Position numbers and translations under genes: made by a program. The notes beneath the pieces were generated by a model. It was not told the origin of the DNA. It was given only the letters and a program-made list of their open reading frames with translations, and did no database searches. 64,000 nucleotides of DNA from Asterias rubens (Eukaryota): contig NC_047068.1 in the NCBI RefSeq assembly GCF_902459465.1, forward strand, positions 1,736,001 through 1,800,000, written 5' to 3'. Of the stretch, positions 49,230 through 61,855 are shown in pieces. How positions within the stretch are numbered: position 1 is the first letter of the stretch; each line of letters opens with the position of its first letter.

Positions 49230-49268
49230 GCCGCTGACGAAGGTCCGGTTTGGATCGAAAGCTAAGGC
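49230..49268 (+). ncRNA. Minimal type I hammerhead ribozyme motif in a Penelope-like end
   Basis: GCC(G)-CTGACGA-A-GGTCC-ggttt-GGATC-GAAA-GCTA-(A)GGC: core CUGANGA and GAAA intact, 5-bp stem II, NUH triplet CUA. Confidence 0.7.
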
Positions 49269-51710
49269 CATCTCCCATACTCGTGTTATGTTTGTAATGT
49301 TATTATATTACATTCAAATTGTGAATTTAACTACGAATAGTTAACCAGAGCGGGACATGAACCTCCGACCTCCAGATTATCGTGCAAGCAATTGATTTTA
49401 TACTTCATGCTGATGATACATATATTTGGTGTGTGGTCATGAACTAAAATGTCTCCAACAAACACATACAAAAGCTATATTGAAGTCGACGCTAGACCAT
49501 AAAAACCCATTAACCATCCAGTCAGAAAGGATTGATTGAAAATGTTAGCATCAAAGACATAAATGTAACATAAGATACCACACCAAGGTTAACCACAGCC
49601 GCAATTAGTGGATTACAGTTTTCCTGAGAGTGGTATGCGGTTTCGTTGTTGTAATTTCAAACCGAGAATTAAATCACTGCGATGAACCTTGTGCAACGGA
49701 GACATTTTGCCTAGGTCTGGTGTCAAATTTGATACCCTCGCTGACACTACATTTTACATCCCTCGACATGTCAACATAACGAATTTTGATGGAAAACATA
49801 AACACAAAGCACCTTGATTAATCATTCCGTATTGCGCTCTCGTGGAGACTGCTTTATAAAGCACATGTGAAACATAAGAGTTAAAAAGATAACCACACTT
49901 CTGAAATACAGATTATTAAATGGTGTATAACGTGTACCCGTAAGATGGCATGACAGTCTACGGTATTATGTGAAATTTACGGACATATTATAAAAAGCCT
50001 TACCTGTTTAAATGGAATCGCACAAGATACACAGATCACCTGGAGTTTCTTAGTATCTGGAAAGTTGAAATGATGGAATCTTCTTAAAACCACTCTCCCT
50101 ACTAACAAATGAAAAGAAAGTAAAGAATGTTTGACCATAACATAAAACAAATTAATATCAATAACAAACATACAAATGTGTAACATAACTTCAGGGCCCA
50201 ATTTTATAAAACCGTTGAGCATAAAATACTGCTTGATAAATTTCTTTGCTGAGCAAAAATTTAGTTGGGCACCAGCCACAACAATGCAAACTTAATGCAA
50301 TTTTGGCTGGTAACCTGTTTATGCTAAGCAATGCTAGTGTATGCTTAGCAAGTTTGTGTGGTTACAGGCATTTATGAAATTAGGCCCTGTATCGGTCGCT
50401 TTGAGATGCATACCGGCTTCGAATGAAGCAAATCTACAATAATTTGCCAATACAATGTTAATTTTACCGGTTGTGTGATGCCATTTGTTTGTCCAGATGC
50501 CAGTTAAACCAATTAGAGTCAGGCGGTAACAATTGAGTAATTAAATGCAATGTGACAATGAACCAGCGAGTGTGCTTGGCTGTACAGTAGCATGGAATAG
50601 CTTAGAGAGATCGATTTTCTATATGGTATCTTTACAGATACACACAGAAGAAACCCCATAAGGCATGCATTGTATTGCAGCATTGACAGACACACACATA
50701 ATTCAAGTCAATATCACTTCTTACAAGTCAGATTGTATTTCCAGCTAAAAGTAGAAAGTCATTTTACGTCTATATGTATCAAAAACATATGATTTTTGCT
50801 TTGTCAAAATAGTACAGGACTTTACATCAAGGTTCAAAGTAAACTGTTATATCTTTCGTAGATTACTTCAACCGTCCTGTCTAAAAACTACAAATGAATG
50901 TTTAGCATTTATTAGGCCTATATTTAGTTATGTTTTGTAATCCCTTGGTGCAATGCAACATTTTGATGGTTTGCTAATGGCTGGTTTGAATGTATTTTTT
51001 TCATAAACTAGATGTGGGTTTTTTTTAATTTAAATCTCAGAAACTAATAGTTAGCAACCGGTGCTGATGATCCATGGATTTTCGGCGAAGTTAAGTGGTG
51101 TCTTACTTGTCATATCCAGAAATTTGAATAATCATCAAAGACACCAACAACAAACAATAATTTCAGCGAACTCGATAAAACTTGTCAAATGGAGAGTTGA
51201 AACAATAATTACTCAAATTAATCAAATGTTTTTCAAACACCAATGTACCGTCCCTCTAAATGAAACAAATCAGACTAGTCTGTAGTCTAGAGTCTGCCTC
51301 ACCAACAGTCAAGGCTTCAATTGAAGGTTAATTAACTCTAGAAGGAAGTAGGGTAATTCTTATGTTAAAATAACCTCAAGACTCGAATATCTTCTTGTAA
51401 ATTTGTCGCCACCAAAGGACACCGTTCCAATTAAACACAGGTGCGTCTTCAAATTAAAAACTGAAGGTGATTTTCCGTCGTCAGTGTGTAATAAGAGGCG
51501 GCTTGGATTTCATGAAGATGATTTGAAGTTGGACTCCAAGGTGAAATAAACAGACTATTACCTTGGTTTCTAACTTCTTTCCACGAATGCGTGCACGTTT
51601 CCATAATCACATAGACGGAGGTAGCGGAAAGTGTCAAACACAATTCAATGTAAATGTTTTATGTATGAATATACTGTCTTTCCCTAGAGTAAAGGGCAGT
51701 TGTGTGTTAA

Positions 51711-52070
51711 AGCCATTGTACACTTTCTGAACAGAACAAGAATATGTAAGTTCACAGATTTACATATAACTTACACGGTTTACAGAAGGTAATGGTGAAA
51801 GACTTCCCTTGAAATATTATTCCATGAAATGCTTTACTTTATGAGAAAACATTAAAACAATATCAATTCTCGATACCGAGAATAACGGATTTATTCAAAC
51901 ACATGTCATGACACGGCGAAACACGCGGAAACAAGGGTGGGTTTTCCCGTTATTTTCTCCCGACTCCGATTGAGCCCAAATTTTCACAGGTTTGTTATTT
52001 TATATATAAGTTGTGATACACGAAGTGTGGGCCTTTGAACAATACTGTTTACCGATGTTGTGCGATTGCT
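51711..52070 (-). mobile_element. Kolobok-like MITE family D
   Basis: TTAA|AGCCATTGTACACTTTC; body matches 9584-9947. Confidence 0.85.
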
Positions 52071-52074
52071 TTAA

Positions 52075-52409
52075 AGGTATATACAGGATTGGTTGAGCTA
52101 ACAAAATAGTCCCAGACAGTGTTCATGTTTTGTGTGATCAACCGTTGTAACGGTTGATTTAAAAATGAAAATAACAACCCTGTGAAAATTTGGAAATAAT
52201 AGTGAAAACCCGTGGACAATTTACAGCATGTAACACACAAAATCAGCTTTTTAAGTTGCCAGATACAGTTTTTTTCAAAAACTGTATTTCAGAAGGATTG
52301 CCACGGTTTGAACTAAACAATCAGTAAGCTCTCAGAATAGAATTAACCAATGATGCATTGTTATCCCGTATAACCAATGCTGTGTAAAATCTAGTTAAAC
52401 TATATACCT
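52075..52409. mobile_element. Kolobok-like MITE family E
   Basis: TIR AGGTATATA / TATATACCT with TTAA on both sides. Confidence 0.7.
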
Positions 52410-52677
52410 TTAAGGTTGTCTGTCCCAATTTTGTCTGGTAACATCACAGGAGAAAATTTACTGTATTTCTTAACGCTTAAACTTGAGTTTTCTATGGAAT
52501 GTTCATAATAAAGCTTCGCTTATGAAAAACATTTAGGTTTTGAGTCTATATAGGACAAAACCATGAGTAGACATACATTATTGTTCTGTGCGGAGTGGAG
52601 ATGTAATTGTTTTACATGAAATTTAACACGAATCAATAAAATTAGTGAAGAAAGATTATTCAATTTTTTTTTTTCAG

Positions 52678-52826
52678 ATGTGTACGGATAACAGATACTG
52701 GCATTGGATTCTTGTCCACGATGAACTGCATGAGGGCGCTATACCTAAGGTGGTGTTGTCACGTACAGGATTTTGGACTTCAACACTTGTACAACATGAA
52801 GAGCCTGGCCATACTGTCAGTAGCAG
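52678..52826 (+). CDS. FBXL16: FBXL16 second coding exon, (R)[49 protein letters not shown](G)
   Basis: Poly-T cag acceptor, G|gtgggt donor, phases 2/1 fit flanking exons; matches human [15 protein letters not shown]...LYLRWCCQVQDFGL; this frame is not in the ORF track. Confidence 0.95.
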
Positions 52827-53881
52827 GTGGGTTATCACATTTGAAGAAAAGAAACTTCAGAAAAAAATCATTGACTTTTTTTGGATAATTTTTTATCATA
52901 AAATTGCCAGAAATATTTACGTGTAACTAAGGCAAGCCATCCAATTCAAAAAAGCAGGTCAAACAAACCCAAGCATGATTATTATTGTTAGTTAGAAGTA
53001 AAAAAAATAAATATGTTTTGACACTTACAAATTGAGTCGATGGGATTCGAATTAACGACCTTTGCATTGCCAGAGCAGATATCTTACCACTATACCACCA
53101 AGCTAGCCCGTTGGCAACAGGCAGTTCGTGTTTTAGCAGCGGGTATCGCATCGATTTTATAGTTAATTTATTTTGTATCATTTTTTGTCATGAGCTGAAA
53201 ATATACGCATAGTAGGTTTTTGTAGACTTTTCTTACTAAAATATTTCCTCTGAGTTACTGAGGGTAAGAACATTTACAAAACCAGCCGGGGAATGAGCTA
53301 TTTCGGTCCAAATAACAAACATGCTCAAATCTCATATAAAACCCAAACAACGCCCCACTTTTTCCCGACCTCTATCATACCCAAACCAACCCTTCTAATT
53401 CAATCTGACCTAACCGCAACCCGTCCCAATCCTTTGAAACCTAACCGAACCCAGTTACACCCATTGTCACCCTCTATTCTCCCGATGGTCGCACACCGGA
53501 GGGTTGCGAATCTCAGTGCATAAGAATTGGGTTCGAATCCAATTTCGGCCGTTCACACTCCAGCCATTTCTGTCAGACCTGTAACCAGATTTGCCCAATT
53601 TATTCCACTTGCAAACATCATAACACATATTCTAAGAACACAAATGTCATCTTGATTGTGTAGTGAATAATGTAGAATAGTTAAAACATCGTCAAGAAAA
53701 TCTGTTTCAGTAAAAAAAGACAAACAAAAACTTACCGCAGAATGCCGAAACCGTTCACTATCGTCTCTGTGTAGCTCAGCACGTGTTGCATAGTGCACGG
53801 CTGTAGTCTGTCGTCTTCAGTTAGTGGTCGCTGAAAATAGCGCCCTCTTCTGTTGAATGGACGGTGATGCAGACAAACTTA

Positions 53882-54010
53882 GGCCGTGTCCGAAACGACG
53901 ACTTCGGCTACAGCTACGTCTAGATCAGCGAGTCTACCAGTGTTGGAGACTAGGCAGACGCGCGCGATCTAGCCGTAGCTCTAGCCGAAGTCGCCGTTTC
54001 GGACACGGCC
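53882..54010. mobile_element. 129-bp PIF/Harbinger (Tourist-like) MITE
   Basis: TIR GGCCGTGTCCGAAAC; TTA TSD at 53879-53881 and 54011-54013. Confidence 0.8.
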
Positions 54011-54911
54011 TTACTACAGGCAGCTTATGACCACAATTATTATTTTGAGAAGGGTGTGGACACTCCTGCCAAAGCGCAACATTTTGTTAACACAATCCTT
54101 ATACCCTAAGCTTTGCATTTTTGGTAGGAACCACATCTCAAAGACGACAGCCGTCTTGGAATCTCAATATCGCCACCATTTAAATATCCTACCCATATTT
54201 TTACCAAAATCTCAGCTTGTATGTCACTTACAATCACAATAATTGTGTCCAAACATACATACATTCTCACGGTCAAGGAGTACAACTGTAACACTTAAAA
54301 TAGCAGCAGTTTTTTCTTTTATATGGAGGTCCTCTTGTGTTTTCAAGATGGCCGTCATATGAAGGAGAAAAACCATATTCACAAATTGGTCACCTTCTAA
54401 GTCACTAATAATGGCAATTAAGTGGTCTGAACATACATTTTCATCATCAAGGAATATAACTGCACCAAAAAGGAGTGTCTTTAATTAGGCAGTTTCCAGT
54501 TGCCTTTTTCTTGAATAAACCTGTTTTCAACACCATGCTTTCATTTAAGCCAACCCAACCCATCTCATCCAACACAACCCAGCCAGTGAATCCAAATCCT
54601 ACCCGCCCAACCAAACCATCCCATTGCCCCATTACCAGCCAAATCCCAGGGCCACATATCATTATCATAGAGCTGCTAAGCACAAACATTTGCTTAGCAT
54701 GAAATTTTTGCCTTGATAAAAACAGGATTACCAACCAAATTTCCAAGTGATTTTCAGGATAAGCAACCAACAGCTGATTACCAGTAACAAGCAATATCTA
54801 GGAAGAAATGTTCATGCTTAGCAATTTTGTGTGCTTAGCAGCTCTATGAAATCGGGCCCTGATCTTTCCATTTATTAACTGAATAATAATTTGCTGCTTT
54901 ATGGTTTACAG

Positions 54912-55060
54912 GGTGTCCATTGTTGACAGCAGCAGGCCTGTCTGGTCTGGCTCAGTTGAAGAACCTTGAGGAGTTAGAGTTGACCAACTGCCCTGGTTCA
55001 TCCCCGGAGCTGCTTCAATACTTCACTCTCAATCTCTCAAAATGTACAATTGTCCACTAA
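54912..55060 (+). CDS. FBXL16: FBXL16 terminal coding exon, [49 protein letters not shown]
   Basis: tttacag acceptor; matches human [29 protein letters not shown]; TAA at 55058-55060. Confidence 0.95.
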
Positions 55061-55251
55061 AGATGTAGTGCCCAACTCTTGAATTGTCCACTAAAGATGT
55101 AGTGCCCAACTCTTGAATTGTCCACTAAAGATGTAGTGCCCAACTCTTGAATTGTCCACTAAAGATGTAGTGCCCAACTCTTGAATTGTCCACTAAAGAT
55201 GTAGTGCCCAACTCTTGAATTGTCCACTAAAGATGTAGTGCCCAACTCTTG
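55048..55251. repeat. Perfect 34-bp tandem repeat, 6 copies, spanning the FBXL16 stop codon
   Basis: aattgtccactaaagatgtagtgcccaactcttg at 55048, 55082, 55116, 55150, 55184, 55218. Confidence 0.97.
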
Positions 55252-55524
55252 CTGATGAGAAGTAACACCATTATGTTTATTTTGTTTTTGTAACCAAAGA
55301 AAAGAGATAGTTTGGGTTTGTACAAAGACAAAATGACTGGAGTGGGACTTGAACCAACGGCCTTCGGATTAACGTACCAACAGAGCTAAATGTGTCCAAC
55401 CCTATGAGGTGATCTCCCTATTGTGAAAGTATTAAAGCCATGATTTCACTGATTGACTATGAACTTGATCAGACAGAATTTGATTTGTGTATTGTTCCCA
55501 AGTTTTTTCTGAATACTCTTTTAA

Positions 55525-55902
55525 AGGCAGTGAACACTATTGGTAATTGTCAAAGACCAGTCTTCTCACTTGGTGTATCTCAACATATGCATAAAATAAC
55601 AAACCTGTGAAAATTTGAGCTCAATCGATCACCGAACTTGCGAGATAAAATGAAAGAAAAAACCACCCTTGTCACACGAAGTTGTGTGTATTTAGATGGT
55701 TGATTTCGAGACCTCAAGTTCTAAATCTGAGGTCTCGAAATCAAATTCGCAGAAAATTACTTCTTTCTCAAAAACTATGTCACTTCAGAGGGAGCCGATT
55801 CTCACAATGTTTTACACCATCCACCTCTCCCCATTACTCGTATTCAAGAAATGTTTTATGCCAATAATTATTTTGAGTAATTACCAATAGTCTCTACTGC
55901 CT
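55525..55902 (-). mobile_element. Kolobok-like MITE family A
   Basis: TTAA flanks at 55521-55524 and 55903-55906. Confidence 0.85.
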
Positions 55903-56928
55903 TTAAATCATTATGCCGCATGATAAATTGAAAACTGTTACACCCAATTCTTTCAGAGTCAATCTCGTGAACATGTTATTAAATTGATAAAGTTTGATAG
56001 AACTAGGCATAACATTGACGAACATTTCTCAACTGATTTATATAAAAGGTAACATCAGCATAAATTAGGGACCATGTATCTGTGATTGGACAAGACTAAA
56101 GAAACCACCTGATCATAGTGATAATTGTTTGGGAAAAGGGGAAATTTACTGGTGCTAAAAAAAAAGAAATATGTCTACCTTCCTTAAAAAAGGAGACAGG
56201 GTAGCATGATTGTTTGTATTTGTGGAAATGTAAAAATATAAAGCTCAATTTGAGGCCAAGATGAGGCCATGTGAAATAATGGAAAATGGGTCTTTGAAAG
56301 AAAAAACAGTGCATTCTGTGTTCTTGTGGAAAAAAACTCAAGAAGTTACATGTAGGCCTACTTCAAAAACATGTACTTTCTCTAAAACCTTCAGAAAATA
56401 CAAGTAAACAAATTGACACTATCCATTATTCTATATCATGTAAAACCAAAAAGGTATCCACATAAAAAACCTCAAATACATATTACAATAAAAGGTCAGG
56501 AAGTCCCAAACTGCGTTATTTTTATAATCCATGAAAAATTATTACATAAGAATAATCTTTGAGTCAAGATATGTGAAATAAATCACTTATCTTTAAGACA
56601 ATGCAAACCTGGGGTCCAAATCTATGAATTACAGCTGCAGTTTTTCAAAAAAACAAAAATGATTTCGAAATCTGAGGATCCTTTTTCTTTTCTAAATTGT
56701 ATTTGACAGATGAGTATGCATGGGCAGTCTTGATGCTGAGGTTTACTGCTCACAGATGTTTGTACACATATAAATGGATAGACCTATGTACTTGTATTAA
56801 ATTAATTCCGAGTGCTGAATACAAAATCAAATTACTTCAGTTGAATTTTAGATGTGAATATGAGTGCATAGCTTTGGGATATACACAAGAATATAATTTA
56901 TTTTAACCCTCACACCGATGTGTATTAA

Positions 56929-57297
56929 AGGAATGGTACACATTTTGTAACTACTCAAAACAAATATTAACTTAAAAACTGACTTGGTAACGAGCATTGG
57001 AGAGCTGTGTTGGTAGTATAAAACATTGTGGGAAAGGGCTCCCTCTGAAGTAGCATAGATTTGAGAAAGAGGTAATTTCTCACTATATAATAAAAGACTT
57101 CTGGCTAGAAGTCTTTTATTCCTATCTGAAAGCACACAAATTCGTCCAACAAGGGTGTTTTTTCTTTCATCATTTTCTCGCAACTTCGATGACCAATTGA
57201 GCCCAAATTTTCACAGGCTTGTATATTTCATGCTTATGATGGGATACACCAAGTACGAACACTGGTCTTTGACAAAAATACCAAATGTGTAGTGCCT
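56929..57297 (+). mobile_element. Kolobok-like MITE (A body, AGGAATGGTACAC end) nested in element F
   Basis: TTAA flanks at 56925-56928 and 57298-57301. Confidence 0.82.
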
Positions 57298-57400
57298 TTA
57301 AGCACTGTATACTCAGTACTGTCCCGAGTTCTGTGAAACAAATCAAAGGTAAATCACTTGGTAGGACTCAAACCTAGGACCTTTGTATTGTTAGAGCAGA

Positions 57401-57601
57401 TGTCTTACCACTAAACCACCAAGCTAGCCTGGTGGCTAGAGGTGCAAAGGTCCCGGGTTTGAATCCCTGTCTTACCACTAAACCACCAAGCTAGCCTGGT
57501 GGCCAGAGGTGCAAAGGTCCCGGGTTTGAATCCCTGTCTTACCACTAAACCACCAAGCTAGCCTGGTGGCTAGAGGTGCAAAGGTCCCGGGTTCGAATCC
57601 C
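57401..57601. repeat. 67-bp tandem triplication of the tRNA-like core
   Basis: tgtcttaccactaaaccaccaagctagcc...gaatccc at 57401, 57468, 57535. Confidence 0.92.
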
Positions 57602-60600
57602 ACCAAAGGATCTTTTCCAAAGAACTTTGGAAAGTACTATAGTATACAGTGCCTAATACACATCGATGTAGGACTAAGGGTAAACAAATACAAATTATAT
57701 TCTTAATATCCAAATACAAAACTGACATACAAGTACTATGTCAGTACATAGTGAAATTACAGGTACTTGATTTCTGTGTATAAAGTGTACAAAAACAAGT
57801 AGTGTAATATTCACAAGCACGCTATGTGTTACAAATGGCTTTAACTTGTTTAAAAGATTTTATACCAGAGGTAAGTTTGAATGTAAAGTAAACGCTTGAT
57901 TCTGGGAGATGCAGAAATAGAAAAGATTGTATTGAATGTAAATAATTCAATAATCACGCTTCATTAAGTGACCTTTGTTTAATATATTATAGAAAACAGT
58001 TATATGTTGTAGATAGCTACATGTGTGTGCAATGCCATAAGCCTTTTTGAAGTATGGCGGACGTGATAGGAGTGTACTGTTTGGTTTGGGTGTCTACAGA
58101 CAAATTAACCCAAACCTTGTAGTGTTGTAGCATTGTGTCCGCCATATCTCAAAAAGACTTATCGAATATTTGAGTGAAAAATGGACCAAAGCTTCTTCAG
58201 CCAGTCAAATGGCAAACATAATTTCTTCACTCTTAAAGATTTTACTTGGACATAAAGCTGTCAGAGTATTCGCATGGCAACTTAATGAGAAGTTCTTTCA
58301 GCTGCGCCATAAACGTTGGGCAAGTGGACTTACGCAGTTGCGTAAAGTTTCGTGAAATCAGCTGCAGGACTATAAACTAGATACAGTATTTGTGTAACAA
58401 TGTATTCAATCTAATGGTGCAAGTGTCTTAGAGTAGAATAACATAGTAGTTTCTTCAAGTTTGCCACTTATTATAAGAACCAAGAACCTTGTTCTTAAAC
58501 ACTTTCATCTGATTTACTTAAAGAGCCTTGTTCTGAATTACTTAAATATACCATAGGGCTGGACCTTTGTTATTTATATTAATAGATTATATAGATATCA
58601 CGTTGTAAGCTTCAAAACCAAATTTGTTGACAGTAATTTTTTTGATTTTGATTCATCTCGCCTCTTGCAACAAGCAGTGTTGGTGACAGTGTATAATATG
58701 TGTTGATTTCTATAATGTCTCTTTTGTCTACTCTCACTGTGGGACTATTATATGTAACTGTTAAAATTGATTGTCTGTATCTAACTTTGAGTCTCTATAA
58801 AAATGGAAGTTTTTATGTGTCACTTAAAACACCAAAACTAACAAGTTACAATGTGGACTTGCTAAATTGGAAAGTTCTGATGAGTGATGTATACTAATTC
58901 TTTGAGCATAACAAAAGAAGTTACCAAAGTGTTTGAGCCAGTGTTGGCCTATACACCCCACAAATTCTTGCTGCTGTTGGAAGTCCTAAGCCCTACTCGC
59001 AGTGGACTTGGTGTACAATTAATTTTATGCCTAAAATTTCAACAAAACATTTAAGTCTGTAGGTTTTACTTCGTCAGAATTATTAACTGAACAAGACCAA
59101 ATTCTGTGGTTCTGGTTAGCGTAAGCAAAAAGCAGGATTAGGCACTTGCACAGAAAGCGGAGAAAGGTGAGGTAAGCAGAACACAGGGATAAACAGAGTC
59201 ATGAAACTGATCCCCATCTACCTAAGTGTGATGATGAGTTTACATTGTTTAGAAGTACTGTAAGTTTAATACTGTGATGATTAGTTAACATTGACTCACA
59301 GTAACTGAAGCTGTATTATGAAGTTTTGGTTACCAGCCAAACTACCATGCCACAAGCACAACTTGTGACTGGTATCCTGCTCATTTCTGCTAAGCACAAA
59401 CATTTTATGCAGTATTTTCTGATTAAGCAGCTCTATGAAATTGGGCCAAGCTCCTACATTTGAAGATGGGTCGGACTTTGGGCCAAACCCAATCACTCGT
59501 CAGTTTAAAGGAACAGATGTACATGTAATATGCTGTGTAAAGAAATTAATATTTATTTAATGAAACTTACGGTAGCTGTATAAAGACATGTCAGCTGATA
59601 ATGTTAAACTAACTTTCCCAACTTGTTGTTTTTGATTAATATACTTTGTAAATATTTATTTGGAGATGAGGAGTTTCTGTGTTAGAGAATTTAAGAGTAT
59701 GAATGAGTTTGTCAAAAAATATGTTTATTTATATATGGAGAGAAAATACGACTTTTGAGAACTTGTGTAAAGCTTCTGTAATGATGTACATTTATGCTTG
59801 CAATTTGTTTAGAGTATGACTAATTTTGTATTACTTTAATTATTTTATTGAATTGTGTCTTTCCTTTGTGTTTTGTTAGAAATATTTGAATTATGAAAAC
59901 CACATCCATCCATACTTAATAACCTTGTACCTCTTACCATAATTTGCTCAAAAACAAAACAACTGTTCTGAAAAAGGGCATGGAATATTTGCTTGATGAA
60001 GTGATGAGATCAGCACAGTTAAACCATAGCACTGAGAACATAAAGAGTCAGATATCAAAAGTTACTCTTGATTTTATTAAGTATTTTCAAATTGACATTA
60101 CTGTCACTGGGATGCTGCAATAGTTAATACTTTTTGGAAGACTTCATATTAGACCGTATTCTATTATATTTGTTGTTCTTCACTGAAGGTTTCCTGTTGT
60201 GGTTGTTGGTCTTACGACCTCCAACTGAAACTCTTGCAACTAACCCCCCCCCCCCACTCCCACCCAAGCAGAGTTGGGCAGAACTGAGTCAGCAGGTAGC
60301 AGATATGGAATGCCTGATGCTTTGTTTGTAGACTTGTAGACAAGTCATTAATGTAGTAATAGAGTAATACGGTAGTAGCGTCAATCCCGGCCATCTCCCC
60401 CATGCCCCCTTTCAATGTTGGCTTTCATTGCGCAGTCTTCTGCGTTCCAATCAACATTGAGCGGGGGCACAGGGAAAGAATGTTAATTGTCAGGGGGAAT
60501 TGGACAGGGAATGTTTATTGTAACGCTGTGAATGGGTGCCCCAAGCATTGTGGCCGGGATTGTAGCTCTCCGCGCTAAAAGACTGCTCTCGCGAGATCAC

Positions 60601-61476
60601 TGCTCTAACGCGCAGCTCCTGGCTTCCCAACTGCTCGGAGACCATGTAACAAGAGCAGTAGTCTTGCGCCGGCAAGCAGTCTCGCGAGAACATCGTCAGT
60701 GTTGCAAGAAATCAGGAGAGAGTCAAAACGCTATAACCGCGACAAACATTTAACGACTTGTCAACGAGTCTATATGATTTGGGGATGCTACACAATGAAT
60801 AATGAGGAGCTCAGTTACCTACATGTACCCACCCCATCACCACACAATACACAACTTTTCATTCATTTTGTTACCTTTGAGTATGTTTTAAATATTGATA
60901 ATTCACTTCAAACAATTACATTTTGAATTCACATTTTGTATTTTATTTCCAAACACAGATTACATGCTCAAAATAAACCAAACACAAAAAGATCATTGAC
61001 ATATTGTGATAGAAATAAATATGAAAATACATTTCAAATCATATACCATTGTAGTTCCAAAGATTAAGTTGATTTGTGTGCACCGTAGTCAATATCACAT
61101 TCTTAAAACCCAGATCAATCTCAAAAATCATTAACTACCACACATAGAGAATATTCATTTTAGTTTTTATTCAATTCAATTCAATTCAATAAACATTTAT
61201 TTCAGTATTACGGGTTTTTACCCGTATACATGTACACCGATGTGTGTTTACCACTGTATACTCCGTACTTACCAGAGTTCCAACGACCTTTGCAATTCTA
61301 GATCAGTGTCGAATCCCACCCGACCAATATGCCTGTGATATATTTTCACAGAACTCGGGTAAGTACTGAGTATACAGTGCTAACACACATCGATGTATAT
61401 GGGTAAAAACCAAAATGAATAACAAATCTTATTCCAATAACACAAACCAGCAAAAGAAAATGTCAAATAACACATA

Positions 61477-61855
61477 AGGCAGTGGACACTATTGGTAATT
61501 ACTCAAAATAATTATTGGCATAAAACCTTACTTGGTAACAAGCAATAAAGAGCTGTTGATAGTATAAAACATTGTGAGAAACAGCTCCCTCTGAAGTGAC
61601 ATAGTTTTCAAGAAAGAAGTAATTTTCAACAAATTAGATTTTGAGACTTCAGAATTAGATTTAGAGGTCTCGAAATCAAGCATCTGAAAGCACACAACTT
61701 CGTGTGACAAGGGTGTTTTTTTCTTTCATTATTATCTCGCAACTTCGACGACCAGTTGAGCTCAAATTTTCACAGGTTTGTTATTTTATGCATATGTTAA
61801 CATACACCAAGTGAGAAGACTAGTCTTTGGCAATTACCAATAGTGTCCAGTGTAT
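61477..61855 (+). mobile_element. Kolobok-like MITE family A
   Basis: Both TIRs; TTAA on the right. Confidence 0.85.

Larger units (their letters stand above)
56872..57712. mobile_element. Foldback element family F (long TIRs around a tRNA-like core), interrupted by a MITE
   Basis: Left acaccgatgtgta[TTAA]gcactgtatactcagtact mirrored by right agtactatagtatacagtgcctaatacacatcgatgt; second copy at about 61195-61425. Confidence 0.7.

Noticed and set aside
55048-55251. CRISPR-like array (also 21403-21532 and 57401-57601)
   Set aside because: Head-to-tail repeats without unique spacers in a eukaryotic genome, no cas genes.
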